Shown in pieces: positions 11,943 through 23,095 of a DNA stretch of 64,000 bases. Source of the stretch: Isurus oxyrinchus. Its lineage: Eukaryota. Both the position numbers and the translations under genes were made by a program. The notes beneath the pieces are model-generated. The model ran no database searches, was not told where the DNA came from, and saw nothing but the letters and a program-made list of their open reading frames with translations. Location of the stretch: the NCBI GenBank assembly GCA_026770705.1, contig JANJGN010000026.1, positions 27,156,001 to 27,220,000 on the forward strand. Reading direction: 5' to 3'. How positions within the stretch are numbered: the first letter of the stretch is position 1; each line of letters opens with the position of its first letter.

Positions 11943-12130
11943 TGGCCTAAATCAAGTGGTTATGGTACTGGGTTTGTAACCCAAAGATCAAGAGTTCAAA
12001 TCTCACAATGGCAAACTATGAAACAATGTAACTTCATCTGAAACAAATGGAAACGGATTTGTACTCGAAAGAAATCAACCTTTGGGGAAATACATTTTAA
12101 CATCTGCACAAGCCAGGCCACTCCACGATA
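11943..12130 (+). mobile_element. tRNA-headed SINE-like element
   Basis: A-box-like TGGCCTAAATCAAGTGG and B-box-like GAGTTCAAATCTC, followed by a non-tRNA body. Confidence 0.45.
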
Positions 12131-13249
12131 TCCGTTTAAGATGCTGCGTTAAAACTGACCTCCCCGACAAAGCCTTACTTTTTTTTAGTTCATGGAATGT
12201 TGGCTTCACTGGCCAGCATTTATTGCCCATCCCTAATTGCCCTTGGATCAGAAGAAATCGGAAATGGTATAGTGGTCATCATCAGACTTTTAATTCTGGA
12301 TTTTTTTCTTTCATTGAAAACAAATTTCACCCTAGAGCATTACCCTCCACAGCATTATCCTAGATCTCCTGTCCAGTGACAATTCCAGTATGCCACCGCC
12401 TCTCCTTCATTTGATTCGGTTTCAGATTGTCTCTTATCACGGTCCAATGTATTGTCTTGGGAAGTATTACTGCACTGAAGTGGCTGTATAAATGAAGGTC
12501 ATTGTTGTGTTCAGAGGATACAATTGTTTTAATTTCGATGGGTTTAGTTTCCCCAATAACAGAACTCCTACTACTAGATATACAAGTTAAAACACGTTTA
12601 AAACAAATCCCAGCATGTTAATGAACCATAACCCAGAATTATAAAATAATTAACTGTGACAGCAGGGAAGCAAACTATAGGGTCGACCAAACCACTGAAG
12701 GCCCTCGCCAGCAATCCCATTAACCTTTCAATCCGAATCTTCCTTTTGAAAGTTCCATTTTACCAAATCATTATGGGTTCCATGTACAATAGTCTTTCTG
12801 GTAGTACTTATCAGATCCTAACAACCCACAGTATAGAAAAATTGATTCATCCTCTTTCCCTTCATTCTTTCCACGTTTATTGTAACACATTGTCCTCTAC
12901 ATACCAACTCACTAATTTGGGGAAATAATTTGCTGAATTCCTGTTAAAAAAAACAAAACCTTTCAGTTGTACAAGTCACCTCTCATAGAGCTCATCCTAG
13001 TCTTCTTTGTTCGGATGACAGTAATGAAAGTTTGCAATAACTGATTGATGGCCCTTTTCAAATATAAACTGAACCATTTAGCACACATATTACAGAGGTG
13101 TATTTTAGACGACTTACCACCTGGAATTGAATATTTGGATTAATTGGCACTGAGTCTAGCCTATCTCTTTCCTTCTCAGTAATTGAGAAACAGTAATGCT
13201 CTACGAAAAAAAATATGATTTGTGCTCTATTCTGAGTGGTCTCTCTCAG

Positions 13250-14000
13250 GAGAGTAATTGTCATCTAAATGATATTAACTTGAAGGGCGAAGAGAAGTAT
13301 AGAGACCCAGGATGCATATTCACAACAGTTTTGAAAGCAACAGTATAAGTTGAAAAGATGGTTAAGAAAGCGAATGGACAACCTGGCCTTGTAAATTGGA
13401 GCATTGAATAGAAGGTAGCCACGTTAAAGTTTTACAAATGACTGACCAGGCTGGAGTATGTTTTGCAAAATTCTGACCACCGCTTTAGAACGAATGTCAA
13501 GTCCCCGGGGAGAGTACAGGGAAGATTTACCAAGCTGATGTCAGGAATGAGAGAGTTCAGTTATATAGAGAGATTATACTAGCCGAATTGTTCTCCTTAG
13601 AGCCACGAAAGGTAAAGGGCTACCGGATGGATATATTAAAAATGATGAGATATTATTGATACAGCAAAAGGAGAAACGTTTTCTGCTGGATATCGAGAGA
13701 TCACAGATTTGAACCAATTGACACAATAATTTGGAAGTGTGGAGGTGTTGCAGAAGGAGCTTTTCGATGTGTAGAGGATGTGAATCCGGGAATCATATGA
13801 TGGCTACAGCACAGCAGAAGACCATCCAGACTGTTGTTGTCTATATCGCTTCGTTGCATCTAAAATGTGCAAGGGAATTGGACATGCCCTCGAGGGGGAT
13901 CCACTAGCAGGATTATGAAGATAAATCTGAGATGTGGGTCCAAATTAGAACTCTTTCAGTGAAGGCCAAATTGCTTCTTTCTGTGCGATAAGATTCTATG
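13250..14000 (+). mobile_element. Old degenerate CR1-type LINE 3' portion in the J-C intron
   Basis: Decayed RT C-terminal motifs and a gattctatgattcta tail. Confidence 0.6.
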
Positions 14001-17000
14001 ATTCTACTCTACTCAGTGGAAAAAGTTCTTTCCAATTTAATGGGATTAAAGGCTTCATAATTTTCCACACCTCTTTCATATACTTATATTGTTTGTAATA
14101 ACGGACAAGGGTGTTAAAATAAAAGGGCCTGAGGATTTGACGTTTCAATTGAATGGTGTCAGAGATTTAAAGCTCACAGTAAAACAACTGATTGCAAGCT
14201 CAATGTATCACTTTAAGTCTTTGAAATAAATGTAATTCAGTGACTTTATGTCCTGTGTCGTGACCCTGTTGGACAATTGCATCTCATTCAACTGTGAACT
14301 TTTTAAAATAATTGAACAAAATAATAATTTGAAACGTAAGTTTATTATGATGGTTATTTTGGCAAGGGAGTCTCGTCATTGTCCATTTCGGTCGTCTAAA
14401 TAACTCGCAGCCTCCTATCAGGGCAGAACAGACGTTGCTCTCTGGAGCCTCACTGTCACTTCCTGACACCGTTTGTTCTGAAATTGCGCACAAACTCAGG
14501 TCACTTGCATTCAATGATTTTCTGATGCTCAAAATGTTTAAACACAATTAATTCATTAAAAATATGCCATTCTTTTTTCAGAAGGATGGTTAAAATCTAT
14601 TAAATTGCAATACTTCATCCGAGCAATGGAAGAATTTATTTTCCTATTTCTGGCTCGACAGCTCACGCCTAGTTTGTTAGATGCTAATTAAGTTTGCTTC
14701 AACAGTGCGGGGAGACTTTCAGGTCAGGCAAAGGTCAAATATGGAGTAAAGGCTCCCTCCCGACTCCACTGCCCATAACGCCCCTATGCCATCCGCCACC
14801 AACCCCGCCCCTCCACCCACCACCAGAGTGAGTCAACTCCTATATCCCAAAACATGTCCACCATTTACAAGGCATAATTCGGAAAGAGACTGAATAATTT
14901 CCACTTACCTGTATGAGTGCAGATCCAACAACACTCAAGAAACTCGATGCTTTCTAGGACAACGCAGCCAGCAAAATTGGCACCCCATCCACGCCCTTAA
15001 ATATGCACTTCCTCCACCACCAACATACAGAGGCAGCAGTGTATACTATTTACAAGATGCACTGCAACAACTCGCCAAGACTCCTCTGACAACACCTTCC
15101 CAATCAGCGTCCTCTGACAGCTAAAAGGAAAATGGTAGCCGGTGTATGAAAATATCACCGCCTGCAGTTCCACACCAGGACACACACCACCTTGACTTGG
15201 AACTATATCGCCCTTCCTTCACTGTCGCCTGGGCAAAACCCTCGAACCCCCTTCCTAGGGTTACCAACACTAAATGGTCATTAGCACTTCAAGAATGCAC
15301 CTAAACAATACCTTCTGAAAGGCAAATAGGAATGATCGACAAATGCTGACCTTGCCAGTGACCCTAACACCCATGATATAATTTAAAAGAAAACACAGCC
15401 TATTTACTCCCTCCAAATTACAGAATAGCTAGAGTGTGGATTAAATACAGAGTAAAATTCGTTCTAAGATGCCCAATCTAACAATCCCAAGGCAGATATC
15501 GCGTTATAAACTGACCAAAACTCCTTCCCCAGTCTGTGGTTGTTTCTGATTCTCACAGCAGACTGTTTAGGGATCCCATTTCTGAGGCGCCCAGTCAAAC
15601 ATGAAGTCAAACCTTCACATTTCTCACAGATACAAGGTTTTTGAAGAAATAAATCAAATTACACTTCCTGAAATGCAGGAGAGAGAACCAGAAGGTTTAC
15701 AAGCAGTCAGGAAGATTCCTAGTCCCAGCACAGTGACCAAGCACACAGAAACAGAACAGACACAAATGGTGCAACAAGCGAGTTCCCAGCAGATAGATCT
15801 ATTCAATCTGTCCATTTCATTCAAGCTGTTTGATTTTAATTCATCAATGGTCAATTTACTATAACGATAAGTCTATACCTTCTTTGAAATTAAATTAATA
15901 TTCACTTCAAAGCTTCCTTCGTCTTCCACTAACTCTCCCAGTCTATCTGCAATCTTGAAAACAAAGATTTAATTTGCCTGAAAATGAGCAAATAAATATT
16001 ACAGATTAAAGGTGACCTGATGTCCGTAAAAGTGACAGAGTAAGCAATACACAAACCAGGAAACATTCACATTGAAAATGGTGACTCACAGATTTGATAA
16101 AATTCCACAATTCAATGTAAAGAACACAATCATCAAGGTGAAGCACCTTATCGAGCTGAGCACAGCTGAGTAAAGAAATGTATTATTTTCTAAAATCATT
16201 TTGGATACAATTAAAAATTCTTTCCGGCCATTGAGGTTTGTACTCACCATAACGACTCAATTGTAGGAGGTCATTATATTGAATGAATTAGCAATTCTAT
16301 TATGTTGGAAGTTAATTATCTTATTAGCTGATTTATACTCTATAATATGAAAAATAGTTTTTGATAACTCAAAACTGGTTTCTGCTTAATGCTTTGTGAA
16401 ATAATTGGGTATAAAGAAATTAACATGACGATTAGCCTATGTGAAACAATAAACGTCAAAATAATAGATGGAAAGATTTAGACATATATTACTTTGACTT
16501 AAATCTGATCACATTTTAATAACTTAAAATGGACAATATTTGCTACTGCCCTCTTTTTTTTACGAAGAAACTTACAAATATTGCATGTTCCTGAATCTAT
16601 TGATATATCATGAACTGTATCTCAGTAAGTATTTCACATGATGAATTTATGAGTAGAATATTTCAAGAAGTTCCAAATTTGTTGGGTCACATCGCACTAA
16701 CCCATCGATGGGCTGTAACATCAGCTGGTTGCCAAAGCAGGACTCAGATTTATATATGGTCGTCAATCGTAGCTATACATATAATTATAGGAGTAAATAT
16801 AAATACAAACAACACTTGTACTGATCATAAACTGCAAAGGTTTATATATATCGGACGTTTGTGATCAGTAACGGTGCTGTCTTGGTTTAATAACTCAGAC
16901 GATCTTTTATATTTACTCCTGCTGTTTACACAATTCCGGCAGATTAATTACTAAATACGTTATTAATTGATAGAAGGGCCAAAGTTATTACTGTAAAACT

Positions 17001-18588
17001 TTGGAACAATTCATTCAGGTCATTTGCGACAGTGAAACATAACGGGCAAATGCAGTCGAGATTTTGTTGTTCAATTTAACAATTGATAAGAATTAACTAT
17101 AAAGCTCAGACATAATCCGCTCTTCACCTATAATTCTATCCTGTGCACTTCCTAATTATTGGAGACAGGATATTGTTATTAAATTCGAAGCTAATGTTAA
17201 GCGTCTGTATTTAAATTAGTCTGTTTGAAATTCAAGTTTTTACTTGACTATCTCTAGCCGTATACAATCTGCACCTTCTTACAATTTAACTAAAATCATT
17301 ATGAACAATCCTTTCACTTCCAGGGACGTGCACCTCTCATAAAACTGTTTAAAATTAGATTAGATATAATTATTTCGCTATCCAACTACAAATGACGTTG
17401 AAGGAATAATATGGTTGCGACTGCACACACCTAAGATAATAACCAGATGCATGTATTACCAAAATGCAATGTAAAACTTAAATTTAATTGGATGCAAACT
17501 TTCATTCATCTGTTTTAATCAGGGGCATATCAATTAATTCAAAAGAGCTTGTGAAATTGAGCACTAGGGTGGAATAATTAAGTTCTCATTGAAATAGTTT
17601 TAGGCATTATCAAAAAACATTTCCAATGTATAAACTTTTCCGGTCATGTTAATTGTGCTCAGTGCACTGCAGAATTGTGAAAGGTTACTAATGATTCGTG
17701 GCATTCATGTAAAAGCATCTTTGGTTAATATTAATGGAAGTGTGACGGGGAGGATGCATTTTAAGAGAGCCAGTGCAGATCGATGGGCCGAATGGCCTCC
17801 ATTTTCACTGTAAAGATTCTGTGATCATGTAATATGGAGAGACATTAGCACATTGATAACTATTTGCATTCCATTAATTTTACTCTCCCATTGGTAAACT
17901 TGTTATTTAAGTAGTTTATGATTGCAATTACAAATTGTGTCCACAATGAGCGTCGGAAACCATGGCTTAGTTTAATCTACAATGATCACTTAAAATTAAA
18001 AAAAGTGCATCAACATATGTTTAAAGGTTCATTTTTTCATTTCTAAAGTGTGTCTGTTTTAGGCGCACAATCCAGTTTCAAACCCGTTTGCATTCAATAA
18101 GAAAACGTGTAACCTCTTGATGTCACGGAGTTTAAACAATGCAGAAATGTCAAACAGTTTCACATTCTTGTGTTATTCAAATTGTCCTCAGTGGAAAAGC
18201 ACCAAATCACATCATTGAGGGGCTGAAACCCGTTTCATGGCGAAGCAGTTCGATTCTGCAAACACTTCCAACAGAATCAAATGTAATTGCAAGAAAATTT
18301 CAAGATAAAATCCAGCCAACCCGCTCGTCACCAAAGGATTTGATTATTAACATAAACAGGAATATGGAATAATAGCAACAACATTGAGTAAACAGAACAC
18401 ACACAATAAATTAATATTTACATTTTTGGCATATTTTATTGACACTGAGTTGTTGGTTATATCACTACATTACAATAATTGTAATAACAATTATAAAGTT
18501 ATATCAATTTAAATCTGAAAAAAGCTTCAAATTTACTATTAATACTTTGCTAGATCACATTAACGTTTATTGCTGAAAAAAGACATTT

Positions 18589-18624
18589 TTGTTGAAACTT
18601 TTCGTCTTGAACTCATCAGGACAA
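18589..18624 (-). ncRNA. Minimal type I hammerhead ribozyme motif (older PLE)
   Basis: TTGTC-CTGATGA-GT TCAAG AC-GAAA-AGTTTC-AACAA: both conserved core boxes with short stems I and II. Confidence 0.65.
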
Positions 18625-18672
18625 TTCACAAGAAAATAAAAATGTCAAGGGAAACTACATATATATATACTG

Positions 18673-20256
18673 AACAAAAACAGAATTACCTGGAAAAACT
18701 CAGCAGGTCTGGCAGCATCGGCAGAGAAGAAAAGAGTTGACGTTTCGAGTCCTCATGACCCTTCGACAGAACTTGATTTCGAGTCCAAGAAAGAGTTGAA
18801 ATATAAGCTGGTTTAAGGTGTGTGTGTGGGGGGGGGGCGGAGAGATAGAAATAGAGAGAGGTGCTTGTTAGACAAACAAGCAGTGATAGAAGCAGATCAT
18901 CAAAAGATGTCAGCGACAATGGTACAAAATAACACATAGGTGTTGAAGTTAAAGTTGGTGATATTATCTAAACGAATGTGCTAATTAAGAATGGATGGTA
19001 GGGCACTCAAGGTACAGCTCTAGTGGGGGTGGAGGGAGCATAAAAGATTTTAAAATATTTAAAAATAATGGAATAGGTGGGAAAAGAAAAATCTATATAA
19101 TTTATTGGGAAAAAAAAGGGGGGAAACAGAAAGGGGGTGGGGATGGGGGAGGGAGCTCACGACCTAAAGTTGTTGAATTCAATATTCAGTCCGGAAGTCT
19201 GTAAGGTGCCTAGTCGGAAGATGAGGTGTTGTTCCTCCAGTTTGCGTTGGGCTTCACTGGAACAATGCAGTAAGCCAAGGACAGACATGTGGGCAAGAGA
19301 GCAGGGTGGAGTGTTAAAATGGCAAGCGACAGGGAGGTTTGGGTCATTCTTGCGGACAGACCGCAGGTGTTCTGAAAAGCGGTCACCCAGTTTATGTTTG
19401 GTCTCTCCAATGTAGAGGAGACCACATTGGGAGCAACGAATGCAGTAGACTAAGTTGGGGGAAATGCAAGTGAAATGCTGCTTCACTTGAAAGGAGTGTT
19501 TGGGCCCTTGGACGGTGAGGAGAGAGGAAGTGAAGGGGCAGGTGTTACATCTTTTGCATGGGCATGGGGTGGTGCCATAGGAGGGGGTTGAGGAGTAGGG
19601 GGTGATGGAGGAGTGGACCAGGGTGTCCCGGAGGGAGCGATCCCTACGGAATGCCGATAAGGGGGGTGAAGGGAAGATGTGTTTGGTGGTGGCATCATGC
19701 TGGAGTTGGCGGAAATGGCGGAGGATGATCCTTTGAATGCGGAGGCTGGTGGGGTGATAAGTGAGGACAAGGGGGACCCTATCATGTTTCTGGGAGGGAG
19801 GAGAAGGCGTGAGGGCGGATGCGCGGGAGATGGGCCGGACACGGCTGAGGGCCCTGTCAACGACCGTGGGTGGAAAACCTCGGTTAAGGAAGAAGGAGGA
19901 CATGTCAGAGGAACCATTTTTGAAGGTAGCATCATCGGAACAGATGCGACGAAGGCGAAGGAACTGGGAGAATGGGATGGAGTCCTTACAGGAAGCGGGG
20001 TGTGAGGAGCTGTAGTCTAGGTAGCTGTGGGAGTCGGTGGGTTTGTAATGGATATTGGTGGACAGTCTATCACCAGAGATTGAGACAGAGAGGTCAAGGA
20101 AGGGAAGGGAAGTGTCAGAGATGGACCACGTGAAAATGATGGAGGGGTGGAGATTGAAAGCAAAATTAATAATTTTTTCCAAGTCCCGACGAGAGCATGA
20201 AGCGGCACCGAAGTAATCATCGATGTACCGGAGAAAAAGTTGTGGAAGGGGGCCGG
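18673..20256 (-). mobile_element. Young 5'-truncated Penelope-like retroelement (RT C-terminus + GIY-YIG endonuclease), 8-bp TSD ATATACTG
   Basis: Uninterrupted ORF with LRYIDD and NLVYCIRCSQCGLLYIGET. ATATACTG at 18665-18672 and 20257-20264. Confidence 0.92.
18735..18773 (-). ncRNA. Minimal hammerhead ribozyme motif with variant core (young PLE)
   Basis: AGTT-CTGTCGA-A-GGGTC ATGAG GACTC-GAAA-CGTC-AACT: stem I AGTT/AACT, 5-bp stem II, palindromic ACGT in place of stem III. Confidence 0.65.
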
Positions 20257-20957
20257 ATATACTGTATGAGAACAGGCTGTTAATTTGTTGGAAAGTGGTC
20301 TCTGATTTGTAGAGGCATTGACATGGAGAATGCACCAGTTGATAATGACTGACAGTTAACTGCCAATCACTGTTTGAAATTTAAATCAGACATTGTACAC
20401 GGAATGAACCAGTAAATGCCTGTCACTTATTTTGTTTAGCTGAAACGGGAGAAATGTGTGTAAAACAATGCAGAGAATACCTGCAAAGAACAGGGCCCTG
20501 TGTATTAACATATGCAGCTCCCAGTACATATAAATGCACCACACTCCGAGCCCGATTTGCCTTAAAATTCATTCATGGGATGTGGGCATCGCTGGCCAGG
20601 CCACCATTTATCACCCATTCCTAGTTCAGAGGGCATTTAAGAACCTACAACATTGCTGTGGTCTGGAGTCACACACTGGCCAGAAAACGGCAAATTTCCT
20701 TCCCTGAAGGATATTAGTGAACCAGATGGGTTTTTATAACAATCGACAATGACCATTATTTCATGCTCATTATCAGCCGTTTAAATTCCATGTTGTTATT
20801 GAATTTAAATTCCTTCTCCTGCTGTGGCTCTGGGTCCCAAGAACAATACCTTGCGCCTCTGGATTACTAGTTCAGCGACAGTACCACGACAGCATCGTCT
20901 CCCCAAACTTAAATTGGCTATCAGTATTAATACACTGAGCATTATTCTTCAGATGTT

Positions 20958-21152
20958 AAAAACAAAAAAATTGCGGATGCTGGAAATCCAAAACAAAAAC
21001 AGAATTACCTGGAAAAACTCAGCAGGTCTGGCAGCTTCGGCGGAGAAGAAAAGAGTTGACGTTTCGAGTCCTCGAGGACTCGAAACGTCAACTCTTTTCT
21101 TCTCCGCCGATGCTGCCAGACCTGCTGAGTTTTTCCAGGTAATTCTGTTTTT
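20958..21152. mobile_element. Palindromic PLE terminal insert (79-bp arms at 20995-21152, no spacer), 14-16 bp TSD
   Basis: Arms nearly identical to 18676-18754 with one inter-arm mismatch. (TT)ATTCTTCAGATGTT on both sides. Confidence 0.9.
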
Positions 21153-22382
21153 ATTCTTCAGATGTTGTCCAGTCGCGGAATCATATCTAATGTTGAACAT
21201 GGCGTTTTGAGTTTTGCAAGCATGGGCTCGTTGGGTACGAACCATACCTTGTCCATTGTAGGAAGTACATGCTATTTGATACAATCCGCCAATCTCTGGA
21301 CCGCACGGCCTACATTTTTTAGCATCACGCTGGCACTGAAATTCATATACAATATTACTCAATTTTATGATCATTTTGGATTGACGGCAGCATCCTGTTA
21401 GTGGCGAATACTACTCTGTTGCTACTGCAGAGTAGCAGTGTGAAACAGCGAGGTTCACCTCTTGCTCAAGCTTGTGAAATACTTTGCCCTTTCAGAGTAA
21501 TCGAGATAGACTGGGCACTTTTCAGGGCCGAAAATGATGGCATTGGGCACGTTCATGAGTTTGCATGATATACAGCGTGAAATGACCTGACCAAGGTAGC
21601 CATTATCCCGCAGGATGTTTTTGATACGCCCGATTTCAGCATTAGGCTTGCACAGTGAGCAAAAGTCTCGGGCCCGATTTACGAGTTTTCCGATAAGGCC
21701 ATCGTGTGCATTGAACAGCGAAGGAAGGCTTGTGGTAGACCATGGTAGAGAACGTCTTAAAAGTTTTCTCAACCAGTACGTCAAGGAAAGGGAGTTCATT
21801 TTACTCCTCCATTTCAAAGTTGAATTTGAGAGCAGAATGGATCTCATTAAGGTGAGTAAGGAAATTATTAAAGTTTTTTGCGCTACCTATGAGCGTTCAT
21901 AAGCATTACATGAATATTTGCCAATTTAAGTACCACAAAATCAGATTAAAATATTGTTTTATCGCATTTAACCGCTAAAGATTTTGTCCTATAATCATAT
22001 TTAAAATATATTTCAATGCTTAATATTTACGGTGGATGGTAAAACTTGACGCCACCAGATGACACTGAGATTAAAATATGTAGAAATGTCAAACATTTAA
22101 CAGATGTTTGGTATTTGACATCACCCAGCCACACAGTATCCTCAGCACATAAACACCAAATCACATCAAACAGGGATTGAACCCCTGAGCATTTTCTTTT
22201 GTCGAGAAACAGATGAACTTTTTAAACCCTTTCCATCAGAATCACATGAAACATTCCAAAAGCAAATCTAATATAGAACCCAACAAGCCCACCTTTCAGT
22301 CAACAAGTTAAATGTCAAAATAAACAAAAATATAAACAAAGAACCACATGAAACAATTGATAAACAAATACATGGTTCTGAC

Positions 22383-22748
22383 CTGCAGTCACGGTCACCA
22401 TGGTGCCTTGTCCCCAGTATTCGCCACCCCAGTATGCATTAGGCTGCCATGAACAGTAATAGATGGCGGTGTCTTCGGTCTTCAGGTTCATCATGTCCAA
22501 AGAGAGGATATTGTCTGATAAGTCTTTGGACGCAGTAAATCGATTCTGAATCCCTGGGGCATAGTAATTGTTGTATGAAGTATAGTAGTAAAGAAGCCAC
22601 CCCAGCCTCTGTCCAGGAACATGTCGGACCCAGTGCATGCTGCAGCTGCCAAGATTGAACCCGCTGATTTTACAGGTCAGTCTCAGGGAGCCTCCGGGAC
22701 GCCCGGTCTCTGCCTCAGGCTGAGTCAACACAACATGGGACTGGACAC
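22383..22748 (-). CDS. IGHV: Joined VDJ exon ([15 protein letters not shown]...[29 protein letters not shown])
   Basis: Acceptor TTTTACAG, 366 nt open frame, conserved C, W, YYC and WGQG motifs, donor G|GTCAG. V runs directly into J with no heptamer/nonamer in between. Confidence 0.96.
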
Positions 22749-22873
22749 CTGTAAAATATATGAAAAACCCGAGGATTAATCCTGGTGAAATGATTCCTGA
22801 CCTGTAACATTCCAGAGAGAGACTAACACTGAGACAGTAACAGTGAGAGGCTTGGACAATAAAAACCGCTCAC

Positions 22874-22919
22874 GGGATAAGAAAGTCAGCAACAAACTGA
22901 GAGAAATCGCCGGCCTCAT
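22874..22919 (-). CDS. IGHV: Leader exon MRPAISLSLLLTFLS(R)
   Basis: ATG at 22919, hydrophobic signal peptide, phase-1 donor C|GTGAG, 125-nt intron to the V exon. Confidence 0.93.
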
Positions 22920-23009
22920 CTTCTGGTCATTTGGGACAAATGGTCCTGGCCAGAACTCAGTGAACAAACCAACTCCCGGACTTTTGGATTCCGGTCCCAG
23001 TGAGCAGCA

Positions 23010-23095
23010 TTTAAATACCCGCAGAAGGGGGCGGGTTTCCAGGCGTCGCCTGTTGATTCCCTGGTGGAGGCGGTGACTGGATCCACGCCCCACCT
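23010..23095 (-). promoter_or_regulatory. VH promoter: TATA-like TATTTAAA and GC/GT boxes, no octamer
   Basis: TATTTAAA at 23010-23017 (~90 nt upstream of the ATG), GGGGGCGGG at 23027-23035, CCACGCCCC near 23083. No ATGCAAAT seen in the proximal 300 nt, as known for shark VH promoters. Confidence 0.65.

Larger units (their letters stand above)
18575..21860 (-). mobile_element. Older Penelope-like element of a second family, interrupted by three insertions
   Basis: Frameshifted RT thumb (LVNRARDFCS...ILRDNGY) and GIY-YIG start (SNIVYEFQC). The 3' end resumes at 18672 across the TSD. Confidence 0.75.
4628..23017 (-). other. IGHM: Immunoglobulin mu heavy-chain cluster with germline-joined VDJ (L-VDJ-CH1-[CH2 frameshifted]-CH3-CH4/S-TM1-TM2)
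   Basis: Exons in canonical order with GT-AG boundaries and elasmobranch IgM-type domain sequences. The single V per cluster fits the chondrichthyan multicluster organisation. Confidence 0.95.

Noticed and set aside
15729-15767. Perfect heptamer CACAGTG in the J-C intron as a leftover RSS
   Set aside because: No nonamer match at 12, 22 or 23 nt spacing and no adjacent D/J coding segment.
16241-16250. ATG|GTGAGTA donor on the minus strand as a sterile I-exon or extra exon
   Set aside because: No supporting ORF, acceptor or promoter, and phase 0 would not match CH1.
17862-17869. Octamer ATTTGCAT in the J-C intron
   Set aside because: Isolated 8-mer in AT-rich DNA; the same word also occurs at unrelated sites (~37205, ~57703).
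8256-22919. Assignment as IgW, IgNAR or a processed pseudogene
   Set aside because: C domains, tailpiece and TM are mu-type, the V has a full CDR2, and all introns are present.
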